DNA from: Ferruginibacter sp.
GTDB taxonomy: Bacteria > Bacteroidota > Bacteroidia > Chitinophagales > Chitinophagaceae
Assembly (NCBI GenBank): GCA_025963635.1
Contig: JAOQAK010000060.1
Coordinates: 23,575-87,574 of the forward strand
Length of the DNA: 64,000 nt
Direction of reading: 5' to 3'
Positions 29,843-38,676 of the stretch are shown here, piece after piece. The translations under genes were made by a program, and so were the position numbers. Positions within the stretch are counted from its first letter, which is position 1, and each line of letters starts with the position of its first letter. The notes under the pieces are model-generated. The model was given only the letters and a program-made list of their open reading frames with translations. It did not search any database and was not told the DNA's origin.

Positions 29843-30532
29843 TCAAAATTGTCTTGTCACACTAAATAATGCTGTAGTAAATGAAACTCCTTCACTTCCT
29901 CTTGAATAGACAATGTTTGGAGTTGCTTTAATTTTACTATTGATGATTGATATCAAAATGTCCCCTCCTATATTTAGATATAAGTGTTTTGAAAGTTCAA
30001 AAGATACAGATAAAGAAGCTCCATATCCGAAACCTGATCCGGATAATTCATTTTTTTGGGTATTAACGTGTAATTCATTTTTGAATTGAGCATAGCCAAT
30101 AGAAAGATCAAGTTTAAGACTAACATTTGCTGATTTTGTAATTGCATATGAACCTCCCTGAACGATACCAATATAATAAAGAGAAATATTTTCAGAAAAT
30201 CTATGGCTACTTTTAGCATTCATATTATAGTAATCTCCACGTATACCGCTATTAAGTTTATTTAAAATAAAATCATCATCAGTTGAAGTAAGTGAAACCT
30301 GCAATCCCATTTTATATCCGTTGTAGTGTATCGCTTCCGTACCATTTCTAAGCGTATTTAAATATGTTTTCGAATTGTCGATTGTTCTTGTAGAATAGCC
30401 AGCATTTGCCGATATAGCTAATTTGTTTTCTTTCCAAAAACTACTTCGGTTATAATTTGAATGAGACTGACCAATAGATGAGAACGAATGCGCCACGCAT
30501 AAGAAAAATAACAAACTGTGTAACTTTCTCAT
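29843..30532 (-). CDS. Hypothetical secreted protein, probable outer-membrane beta-barrel
   Basis: Signal peptide, alternating amphipathic strands and terminal Phe. Very AT-rich. Confidence 0.55.
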   Translation of the reverse strand: MRKLHSLLFFLCVAHSFSSIGQSHSNYNRSSFWKENKLAISANAGYSTRTIDNSKTYLNTLRNGTEAIHYNGYKMGLQVSLTSTDDDFILNKLNSGIRGDYYNMNAKSSHRFSENISLYYIGIVQGGSYAITKSANVSLKLDLSIGYAQFKNELHVNTQKNELSGSGFGYGASLSVSFELSKHLYLNIGGDILISIINSKIKATPNIVYSRGSEGVSFTTALFSVTRQF

Positions 30533-30590
30533 AATGCGGCAACTTTTTTTTAAATGTGTAATGAATGACGACTACTCTCAAAAAAAATAT

Positions 30591-30798
30591 CTGCTAACGT
30601 TTTGCATTGCTGAAGGGCAGGGAAATAGAATTACTGAAGCACGGGCGACTGAAGCTGCTCATGGCTTTTAAAGTACAAGTTAGATAAAATGATCCATTAT
30701 CATCGTCTGTTAGACCAGGCCTGAAGCCAAATTATTAACCGCGGCTGAAACACAGGATTGTCAAGCCCGTATTTTGGCAATGCATTGTTAGCTGCAAT
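30591..30798. repeat. attC-like imperfect palindromic element B (most intact copy)
   Basis: GCTAAC (30593) gtttt GCATTGC...GCAATGC att GTTAGC (30787-30792), with asymmetric spacers between the inner and outer boxes. Confidence 0.75.
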
Positions 30799-30855
30799 GT
30801 GCTTTTTAAGTTAATGTTCTTACTTTTTGTCTTGTTGTAATTTCAAAAAAAATAT

Positions 30856-31593
30856 CTACGTCAATGGTAATGAGACAAACCATTTCGCAAATGATTCCAG
30901 CCCAATGTGAACTTGAAATATCCATACTATATAAGTAATAAAATATAGGCAAAGAACAAATGGGAATACCCATGTTCCCTTTTTCTGTTTTCTTTCTTTT
31001 ATTATTAGTCCAATAAGCAATGAAAAAATAACTGAAATTGTAATTATGCTTGCGAAATAGAAGAAGTACTCAGAGGTTTCAAATACGTTAAATAGAGCAA
31101 ATAAATTTAGCACCAATCTTGTTAAAGCAGGTTCAATAATTGAAACGCCTGTTGCAATCATTGCTCTTGCATGAATATTGACATTATGCCGATATTTTAT
31201 TGCAATAAAATAAGCCGTCATAAAAACTATAAAGGGTCTGAACTGACCAAATAAATGAAGGTCTAAATCTTTTTCATCAATAGCAGGGCGCCCTTGATGA
31301 ATTATCAAAATAATTGAAATAAGCATCACTGGAAATAATAAATAAGACAACTTACCGATGAATCTGTGAAGTGATAATTTCTTATTTCTTATTAATATAG
31401 GTTGGATGATGAGCATAAGAATCCAAAGTATCATCATAGTAGCATGGAAATGAAAATAAAAATTAAAATCTGCGGTGCCATTAAAGAATTTGGCAAAGTA
31501 AGAAGGCCAAAAACCTAATATGGCAAGTGCAAATAGCCCTACAAAATAATAGCCTGAAATATCAAAGCGCAATTTTGGTGTAATCTTTTCCAT
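30856..31593 (-). CDS. Hypothetical multi-pass membrane protein
   Basis: 245 aa with about 7 TM segments and conserved-looking HFHATMMILWILMLIIQPILI, HRFIGKLS and HARAMIAT. Confidence 0.75.
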   Translation of the reverse strand: MEKITPKLRFDISGYYFVGLFALAILGFWPSYFAKFFNGTADFNFYFHFHATMMILWILMLIIQPILIRNKKLSLHRFIGKLSYLLFPVMLISIILIIHQGRPAIDEKDLDLHLFGQFRPFIVFMTAYFIAIKYRHNVNIHARAMIATGVSIIEPALTRLVLNLFALFNVFETSEYFFYFASIITISVIFSLLIGLIIKERKQKKGTWVFPFVLCLYFITYIVWIFQVHIGLESFAKWFVSLPLT

Positions 31594-31678
31594 TTTGTGT
31601 TTATGATGGTTATTTCATTTTGTATTTGTGTTTCATCTAAAATTTTGAAAGATTGAATTTGCCATAGTTGGAAATGCA

Positions 31679-31983
31679 TTGCAGCTAACATTCATGTTGA
31701 CGCACACTAAAGTAATCTATTACAGCAAGCAACCCAAATACAAACGCTTTAAGGAAAGCGCTCTGTTCGGATACTGGCGGACACAAGAAGTACTGCAATT
31801 TGTAAACAGATGACGACATTTTACGAGGGCCTCATGTTTGGTATTATTTGCAATCATTCAAATGCAAAAATAAAACAAACAAATGACAGAGTCGGGCTCC
31901 CTGGCGGACGAACACCCGCGATTTGGTTTGCAAGCGGATATTGAAGCATTCCTGACTTTTAGCAATGCATTACCAGTGGCAGT
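31679..31983. repeat. attC-like element C (possibly chimeric)
   Basis: Left ttgcagctaac (31679-31689) and right arm tcctgacttttagcaatgcattaccagtggcagt (31950-31983), abutting the stop of 31985-32422. Confidence 0.55.
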
Positions 31984-31984
31984 T

Positions 31985-32422
31985 TTATTTAACAGTTTTG
32001 TTTGTGCTAATTGCAATTCGATTCCACGCATTTATTACCACAACAGCCATTATGATTTGGGCAATGTAATTTTTGTCAAAGTGTTTTTCTGCCTGTTGAT
32101 AGGTTTTGTCTGACAGACCGTTTTTATGAATCAGCGTTATTTCTTCGGTTATTGCTAAAATAACTTTTTCTTCCTCGGTAAATAATTCTGTCTCTTTCCA
32201 GGCGTTGAGTAAGAAAATCCGTTGAGCCGTTTCTCCTTGTTTCAATGCGTCAGTAGTGTGCATATTGATACAAAAGGCACAACCGTTCATTTGAGAGGCA
32301 CGGATTTTTATCAGTTCGTAATGGGTTGCAGAAAGTTGAGCGTTTTGCAGATAGTTTTCTAAAGCAAACATTTGCTTGTATGCAGTAGGTTCCAGTTTTT
32401 GAATGTCTATTCGATTTTCCAT
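31985..32422 (-). CDS. Carboxymuconolactone decarboxylase / AhpD family protein
   Basis: ELIKIRASQMNGCAFCINMH CxxC motif and INAWNRIAI. Confidence 0.92.
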   Translation of the reverse strand: MENRIDIQKLEPTAYKQMFALENYLQNAQLSATHYELIKIRASQMNGCAFCINMHTTDALKQGETAQRIFLLNAWKETELFTEEEKVILAITEEITLIHKNGLSDKTYQQAEKHFDKNYIAQIIMAVVVINAWNRIAISTNKTVK

Positions 32423-32445
32423 ATTACTTCGATTTTTACTTTTGG

Positions 32446-32490
32446 CAAAGATAAAACCCCGGTTTGTGGAAAATCTTAAACTGGTTTAAG
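32446..32490 (-). promoter_or_regulatory. -7 promoter box plus a palindromic operator for the CMD gene
   Basis: TATCTTTG on the minus strand (32446-32453) and the palindrome CTTAAAC-TG-GTTTAAG (32475-32490) overlapping the Crp stop codon. Confidence 0.6.
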
Positions 32491-33061
32491 AGCGTAATTT
32501 CTTTTTTATTTCACTCAGATATTCTGGTGTCATATTAAGGTATGAAGCCAATAAGTGTTGTGGGATTCTTTTCGCAAATTCCGGATAGTTTTCATAAAAA
32601 TGCTGATAAATTTCTTCTCCCGAAAAATCGTAAAGATATTTTGTCCGAAGCAGCGATGCAGCATATGCCCTTTGATTAATCAATCTAAAATAGCGTTCGA
32701 GTTGGGGAAACTTTCCGAGTAGTTCTTCCTGGTGTTGATAGTCGATTGCCAAAACATTGGTTGCTTCGACTGCCTGGATGGTAAATTCGGTTTTAGTTTG
32801 GCTTTCAAAAGCGAAATAATCGGTTATCCACCAATTTTCAATGGCAAATTGAATAGTTTGTTCTACCCCTTTTTGGTTCACAAAAAACATTCTCAAGCAT
32901 CCTTCGGTTATGAAAAAATTGAGTTTACAATAGGTGTTTTCGTTGATGAGGTTGGCTTTTTTTGAGAAAGTTTTTGGCTGGAAGAAATTCAGGATTTCAG
33001 TTTCGTGTTGTGTATCAATTGCAACGTATTTTTTAAAATGTTCGATAAGCTTTTCAGACAT
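32486..33061 (-). CDS. Crp/Fnr family transcriptional regulator
   Basis: FITEGCLRMFFVNQKGVEQTIQFAIENWW cNMP-binding domain and IPQHLLASYLNMTPEYLSEI HTH. Start taken at ATG 33061. Confidence 0.92.
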   Translation of the reverse strand: MSEKLIEHFKKYVAIDTQHETEILNFFQPKTFSKKANLINENTYCKLNFFITEGCLRMFFVNQKGVEQTIQFAIENWWITDYFAFESQTKTEFTIQAVEATNVLAIDYQHQEELLGKFPQLERYFRLINQRAYAASLLRTKYLYDFSGEEIYQHFYENYPEFAKRIPQHLLASYLNMTPEYLSEIKKKLRS

Positions 33062-33070
33062 AACTTCGAT

Positions 33071-33332
33071 GCTTAACGTTGTTTGGGTAAATGCGACTGA
33101 CACTCGTAATCATGCAGGCTAAACTAACCTATTACGGCAAGCGACGCAAATATAAACTACTTCCCCAATCTCTATAATGGCTAAAAGGCATTCCGCCGCA
33201 ACAAGAGATATTTTATGCAACAAATAAACAGCTATCGGCGAGAAGAGCACTGGAGCTAAAACCGGACGAAGAACAATTAGAAAAACAAATCGAAAATTAC
33301 CGATGCAGTATTGCCTAAGTTTCAACTAAACT
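33071..33332. repeat. Possible attC-like element D (degenerate)
   Basis: Left GCTTAAC gttg at 33071 (fits RYYYAAC). The right arm is not convincingly recognisable. It occupies the intergenic gap downstream of 33338-33823. Confidence 0.3.
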
Positions 33333-33337
33333 GCTGG

Positions 33338-33823
33338 CTAAATATTATTCCCAGGCTGGTCGTATTGGATTTTATTAGAACTGAAATATTCAATTGCTGC
33401 CTGTATTTCCTCGACGGACTTATCTAATGTCGGCGAAAGAGAAATTTCAACGCTGTCTGCTATTCCTGTCTCGATGCGATAGTATTCAATGTATAACGAA
33501 AACTTAACTTCAAAGCCTTGCTCCGGGTCAACCTCTTCAGTGTAGGCCTGTATAAATCGATCCGAGGAAGTTATCAATTTTTTGTAATAAAATATACCAC
33601 CCTCATCAATCCTGAAAACTTCAGTACGACGAGTACCCGCATAAATAGCGCCAATGCTGGGTACTAAATAAAGTGCAATGAATGTAATGTAGTCAGGAAT
33701 GTCAAATATCTTCTGGCCCCTTATTGTAATTATTACCCCAACGAAAATTGATAAAAAAATTGCCGCGAATAATAAATTAAAGAAAAGAGACTGTCTTACG
33801 ATGAGACTATTGTTGCTTTTCAT
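33338..33823 (-). CDS. Hypothetical membrane protein (two N-terminal TMs)
   Basis: 161-aa ORF with TM segments followed by a soluble PH-like tail. Confidence 0.6.
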   Translation of the reverse strand: MKSNNSLIVRQSLFFNLLFAAIFLSIFVGVIITIRGQKIFDIPDYITFIALYLVPSIGAIYAGTRRTEVFRIDEGGIFYYKKLITSSDRFIQAYTEEVDPEQGFEVKFSLYIEYYRIETGIADSVEISLSPTLDKSVEEIQAAIEYFSSNKIQYDQPGNNI

Positions 33824-33910
33824 GAAAAATCTGCGTGGGCAGGTATAGGTTTTAATTATGGCTAATCAAGATTTCTGATCACTTACTAAACTTCGGGGTA
33901 ACAATTCCAG

Positions 33911-33943
33911 TCCTGGCTTCGACAATGCATTTTTAGTGATAGT
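33911..33943. repeat. attC-like element E, right arm only
   Basis: tcctggcttcgacaatgcatttttagtgatagt aligns with the 34-bp right arms at 29328, 30765 and 31950. Confidence 0.55.
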
Positions 33944-33985
33944 TTTATAACCTTTCATAATAGCTATTTTTTAGTTTGGCTGTAT

Positions 33986-34552
33986 TTACTTTGTTTTAAT
34001 GAAGTTGTTGTATTTGTTTACAATTTGGATAATATGCACTTCGTTATAAACATTGTGTTTGATCTTACTCGCCAATTCCGGATAATCCTTTAAGTATTCG
34101 CTTAATTTTCGTCTGAATGGAAAGAAAAAGTTACCAACATCATAAATAAAAAGCTGGTCAGTATCCTCTTTTTGAAGAAGCACTTTATAAGAACTTCCTG
34201 CCTGGGGACCTCCATAAGACTCCATTTCGTAATAAGATAGAAACCCCTTAATTTTTATTTGAAAGAACCCCTTCCTTTCCTTCTTATCCGAGAGATATTT
34301 AGATTCATATATTTCTTTTCCAATAACAAACCCTTTTATTTCGGCAGGTGGAAATGGCTGTGGCTGTGCTTCTTCGGTTTGCCTGAACAGAACACTTTCG
34401 TGTACTCTGTATGGGAAGGTATTTCTTAATTTAAGCAAGCCATATATTGTATCATTTTTGTTTGTAACAACAAAGCCGCTGTTATAACCCGTTAGCACTT
34501 GTGATGTCATGCACATTGGAAAGAAGGTAAATGCAATAATTAAAAGTTTCAT
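33986..34552 (-). CDS. Hypothetical secreted protein
   Basis: Signal peptide, GFVVTNKNDTIYGLLK and FRRKLSEYLKDYPELASKI..IVNKYN, typical of small Bacteroidetes exported proteins. Confidence 0.7.
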   Translation of the reverse strand: MKLLIIAFTFFPMCMTSQVLTGYNSGFVVTNKNDTIYGLLKLRNTFPYRVHESVLFRQTEEAQPQPFPPAEIKGFVIGKEIYESKYLSDKKERKGFFQIKIKGFLSYYEMESYGGPQAGSSYKVLLQKEDTDQLFIYDVGNFFFPFRRKLSEYLKDYPELASKIKHNVYNEVHIIQIVNKYNNFIKTK

Positions 34553-34597
34553 TGTGTATATTCTTTTGTATGCTTTGTTAATTTCATCCTCATTTAC

Positions 34598-34804
34598 CTA
34601 TTTTGCCACCACTAATTTTTTCAACTGACTAAATCTAGCCAGGTTATTGCCAGGCTTTATTACAACAGAAAGATAAATGCCGCCTTTTGTTCTGTTAAAT
34701 GAAGTTGAAGAAAAATTTAATTGAGTCGTTACATCTTTCGGAGTTAGTATATACATACTCCCGGTTGTAGCATCAACTGCAATTCCTATTAACACCGAAA
34801 ACAA
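34598..34804 (-). pseudogene. C-terminal fragment of a PEGA-type lipoprotein
   Basis: LIGIAVDATTGSMYILTP matches my recollection of the C-terminal GxxVDxxTGAMYKL motif. The N-terminus is missing. Confidence 0.45.
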
Positions 34805-35204
34805 TTATCCGGCACTGTATACCAGTGATGAACTTAATGATTACGGAAATCAGCGGCCCAGGCATCAGCTTCAAATAATTTTCGCAAAGTAAGCATTTAA
34901 CGGTTTCAAAAACGCCCTGCTATTGTCGAAGTGAAAATAATTAGTGCCTTCGGTTAATAATGCCACATTTTTTGGATGGATTTATACTTCTTTTGCTCCC
35001 GGCTGCTTTTTGAAGGATATTACCGGAGGCAACCATGTAAATGACGTGTTCTTTTTTAACCCGCACAAATAACGCAGCAGTAATTCAACGCTTTTTTGAA
35101 CAGCTGGTGCAGAAGATATCGTAAAGACCTTCCTACAAAAATTTTTCAAAAAATTTTTCAAAAAAAATTACCATTTTTTATTTCGCGAAAGTTTTGTTTA
35201 AGGG

Positions 35205-35297
35205 TGTAAACAAAAACATGTTTACATGCATCTTGTTTACACTATTGTAAACAAAGCATGTGTAAACAAAAAAATGTTTACAAGGGTTTTGTTTACA
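35205..35297. repeat. Array of seven TGTAAACA/TGTTTACA boxes with a 56-bp super-period
   Basis: Boxes at 35205(F), 35219(R), 35234(R), 35246(F), 35261(F), 35275(R) and 35290(R). Confidence 0.9.
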
Positions 35298-35441
35298 CTT
35301 TTATTTTTTGCAACGCTATAAAAATGTGTATTCTAAGGGCAAAAAACAAACGGTGGTGGGTGTTTTTTATGGATCAATACCGGTATTAACTTTCGCGGCC
35401 AGCCATTTTTTGGAGATGAGCCCTACCCTGCTTCACCTGCA

Positions 35442-35494
35442 CACAGCCAACACGGCAGTCTCCGATCGCATGCAATACTGCCGTTAGCGCTGTG
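35442..35494. repeat. 53-nt imperfect hairpin with GCCAAC...GTTAGC ends
   Basis: cacagc caac acggcagt (17-nt loop) actgccgt tagc gctgtg. Confidence 0.6.
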
Positions 35495-36053
35495 ACAAAC
35501 ATTATTCTAAAAAACAAGCAAAAGCCTTACCAGTAGCTAAATACAGCCAATTCAAACCTGCGACCGGTAGCGTAAGTTTTATAAAGCAGGGGCAAAACGG
35601 CGCCTCGCCAGGTGCAGGCCGCGGGAAAAGAAACCAGCTATCATTAAAGAAAAATACCGGCAGGGAACTGCTACCGAACGCTTGTTGCAAACCCTGGCGG
35701 GTTTACCCGTGAACCAAACAAGAAAACAACAACGCTGGAATGAGGAGCAGCGTCACCACACATAGAAAAAAATGGAAACCAAACATTGGATGCTGCAAAA
35801 AAAATCAGAAGCCGCCACCGGATTTTTGCCATACGAAGCAATTTTTTGGGGAAATTCAATAAAAGAAAAATGCCTGCCGGCAACCCTTTAACATCGATGG
35901 CACGTTGGTTTATTAGGGGGAGAAGCTAAAGATAGCAACCACCGCGCCAGCGTTGGCAAACCCCCGCGGCGGTTATCGCTAGATTTATAGCGATTTTAAT
36001 GTTGTCCGGATGCAACGGGTTATTTTTTTTAACATTTCCCATTTTCCTGAATA

Positions 36054-36136
36054 TTCAAGCCCGTCAGGGTTGAGGGCTGCACCATTAGAACCATTGGTTT
36101 CACCAACGGCTATTCATATTGAAGGCCTTTGGGTTT
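36054..36136. repeat. REP-like three-hairpin element, copy 1
   Basis: The 30-bp core ccattggtttcaccaacggctattcatatt (36091-36120) is identical to 47226-47255 and is flanked by CCC..GGG hairpins. Confidence 0.85.
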
Positions 36137-36255
36137 GCTTGGGCAATTCAAATAACAATTGTTTGACCAGGAGCTTCAGGAAAACCGCAGAAATGAATAA
36201 TGTTACTCAATGTTATAGCCGAACCGAATGCATAAATCACTGCATAACTAAATCT

Positions 36256-36360
36256 CAATTTGTGTAATTCGTTCTTTCGAATTCGTGCAATGATGTTTCT
36301 CAATTCGTGTAATTCGTGCCATATAATTTGTGTAATTCTTTTTTAATTCGTGTAATAAAG
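36256..36360. repeat. Degenerate 9-bp tandem repeats (AATTCGTGT)
   Basis: caatttgtgtaattcgtt..caattcgtgtaattcgtgcc..aatttgtgtaattc..aattcgtgtaat. Confidence 0.8.
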
Positions 36361-36624
36361 TTTCTAAAAACTCGTCTAATAGAATTATTTTCTGTTTCCT
36401 TCCCCACCATTCTCACGACCAATAAAAAGGAAAATCTATTTCTCTCCTCCGCGAACCACGCATGGCAACTTACCAGGCATCTCCATCTGCCTGTCGAGAA
36501 TACTGTATTGAAAAAAATTTACCCAAAAATCTGCTTTCTTCGATCCTCTACCTGTATAAAAATCACCCGGTCATTCCTGCAATGAACCCGCTATCAAGTC
36601 AATTTAATCCATAAACAAAACACC

Positions 36625-36885
36625 ATGAAACGGATATCCACCCTGCTGGCAGCGATCGCAATTTTCACTTCCTGCAATACAACACAATACCTGCACCAAT
36701 CAGGCACTTACACTATTAAAGAAAGAAACGGAGACGTAACCGAATTTTATGAAGTGAAAGGAAGATACAATGTGATGTCAGATACATTGAAACCCAATGA
36801 CAAAATAGTGATCAACCTAATCAAAGCAAGGCCGTTTAAGCAAAGCGCTAAAAGGAAGAGGTATGATTTTGCTAAAAATTTTTGA
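36625..36885 (+). CDS. Small hypothetical lipoprotein
   Basis: MKRISTLLAAIAIFTSC lipobox; 86 aa. Confidence 0.7.
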   Translation: MKRISTLLAAIAIFTSCNTTQYLHQSGTYTIKERNGDVTEFYEVKGRYNVMSDTLKPNDKIVINLIKARPFKQSAKRKRYDFAKNF

Positions 36886-36892
36886 GGTTATT

Positions 36893-36918
36893 CTCAGTAC
36901 TAAGTATTAAGTACTGAG
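36893..36918. terminator. Hairpin between convergent genes (possible bidirectional terminator)
   Basis: ctcagtact-aagtatta-agtactgag, built from AGTACTN heptamers. Confidence 0.5.
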
Positions 36919-36921
36919 TAC

Positions 36922-38532
36922 TCAACGTACAGCGGTCTCCGCATCCAGCACTTCAATTGTTTTTTCGTACAATGAATAGGCTTCTTCCGGTGAAGCCCCG
37001 ATGCAAACGATGCCCATTTTCCCGTACTGGGACAAAGCCCCGATCATGTGGAACATCACTCCTTTTTGTGTGGCTCCATCAAAATGTAATCCATGGAACA
37101 TAGCTATATTGATAAGGTCTTGCGGCACCAGGCCTTTGTAAGCTTCACTTTGCAAATTATCTGATGTGTAATAGTACCTGTTCTCTTTGTTGGGCGTTTC
37201 AAACAAGCCGCTTTCTTCATCGTAATGTCCGTTGGTTAAAAACTGCAACATCAAAAAAGGATGGGTGGTGCCACCCTTTCGGATATTTATTTCGATGGCA
37301 TAATGTTGCCAGACCCCATTCACTTTTACAGAAATAAAGTCGATACTAAAGCGCCCCAAAACTCCCTGTTTTTTTAAAACCAATGCAATCGCCCTGCCCA
37401 TTGCGCTAATTTCTGCACGATATGCTGCATTTGCGGGAAAATGTGCGCCGATAAAAACCTGGCCGCTCTCCCCACCCAATACCTGGTCGTGGGTAGAAAT
37501 TACTGTTACTTCTCCCCTGGGGTTAATTCTGCATTGAACCGATGGAGAAACCTTTGTTTCGCCGTCAATGAATGCTTCCGCAACTCCTTCCATCAACTTA
37601 AACTTTCTCAGGAACAGATCGATACTCATATCTTTTGCCGCCGGGATAATTTCTTTATAAAGATTATGATGGATCCAGTCGAAGAGTTCTTTCTTTTCCA
37701 GGTGATCGGGATATTTTAATATTGCATTGCCCTCTCCGGAAAAACCCTCGTTTAATTTTATAACCGTTTTTTTCAATTTCGGATACATGTCTTTGATAGC
37801 GGCAACTGCCCGAACAATGTCTTCATAATTTTTCAAATCTCCGGCACCGGGAGCCATTGGCACACCGGCCTGTAAAAAAATTCTTCTGCTGCCACTTTTG
37901 GTTCCCTGGTAATTCAATAAAGGGTCACAGCCATAAACTGGTATACCTAATCTTACAGCGAGTGTTCTTTCATAAGGTGTTGTGTTGAAACAAGCGATAT
38001 GTGCTACGTGGTTTGGCGGAATAAATTGTTTTATACGCTCAATGAGCCGTGGGCGCTGTAAGATTTTTTCGGTAAGCGAAACCATTGAGGCATCATAACA
38101 ACTCAGTAACTTCAATCTCTCCCTCGCATGAAAACCGGTGATGCCGGGCAGCGAATGCAAATAATAATCAATAATAAAAGGGTCAATCGGCATACTGCTT
38201 ACATAAATCACATGGGCTCGCGGCATACGCAGCAACATAAGCAGGCACAATAGCCTCTCCTCATAATGCAGTGCGCCTTCTAATTTTGCCAATACTTCCT
38301 GGTCGAGTGTAAGACTCGGAATGACGACAATGGTTTTAGCGGCAAGATTATCCGGGAAAAAGAGTTCAAACTGGTTGGAAAACCCCTTCTGTATTTTGTG
38401 AAATTGATGCAGTTCTTCGGGCGATCCCGCTATCGGCCCGCAGGAAGTACAATGATTGTTTAAAAGTTGACCAGGTGAGAATACCTGTTGTTTAATGGCT
38501 TCCATTGTTTGCGCATATATATCTATACACAA
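36922..38532 (-). CDS. PGM1-related ATP-grasp peptide ligase
   Basis: HYEERLLCLLMLLRMPRAHVIYVSS pre-ATP-grasp region, VIKLNEGFSGEGNA, SPSVQCRI, STHDQVLGG and AIEINIRKGGTTHPF. Confidence 0.85.
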   Translation of the reverse strand: MCIDIYAQTMEAIKQQVFSPGQLLNNHCTSCGPIAGSPEELHQFHKIQKGFSNQFELFFPDNLAAKTIVVIPSLTLDQEVLAKLEGALHYEERLLCLLMLLRMPRAHVIYVSSMPIDPFIIDYYLHSLPGITGFHARERLKLLSCYDASMVSLTEKILQRPRLIERIKQFIPPNHVAHIACFNTTPYERTLAVRLGIPVYGCDPLLNYQGTKSGSRRIFLQAGVPMAPGAGDLKNYEDIVRAVAAIKDMYPKLKKTVIKLNEGFSGEGNAILKYPDHLEKKELFDWIHHNLYKEIIPAAKDMSIDLFLRKFKLMEGVAEAFIDGETKVSPSVQCRINPRGEVTVISTHDQVLGGESGQVFIGAHFPANAAYRAEISAMGRAIALVLKKQGVLGRFSIDFISVKVNGVWQHYAIEINIRKGGTTHPFLMLQFLTNGHYDEESGLFETPNKENRYYYTSDNLQSEAYKGLVPQDLINIAMFHGLHFDGATQKGVMFHMIGALSQYGKMGIVCIGASPEEAYSLYEKTIEVLDAETAVR

Positions 38533-38676
38533 TATGATTAAAAATATCTGTCAGAACACTGAGTTTCGTCATGAGAAACAAGGAGCAATATCAGTGCGCA
38601 GGTTTGGGAAAATACAGGGTTGATGTTTCGTTCGCTTGCAACTGCGGGCAATGAATGGCATGCCCACGCCTGAGCA

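Noticed and set aside
35205-35297. Possible CRISPR or coding repeat
   Set aside because: The 8-bp boxes alternate in orientation with 4-7 bp gaps, and no long ORF spans them
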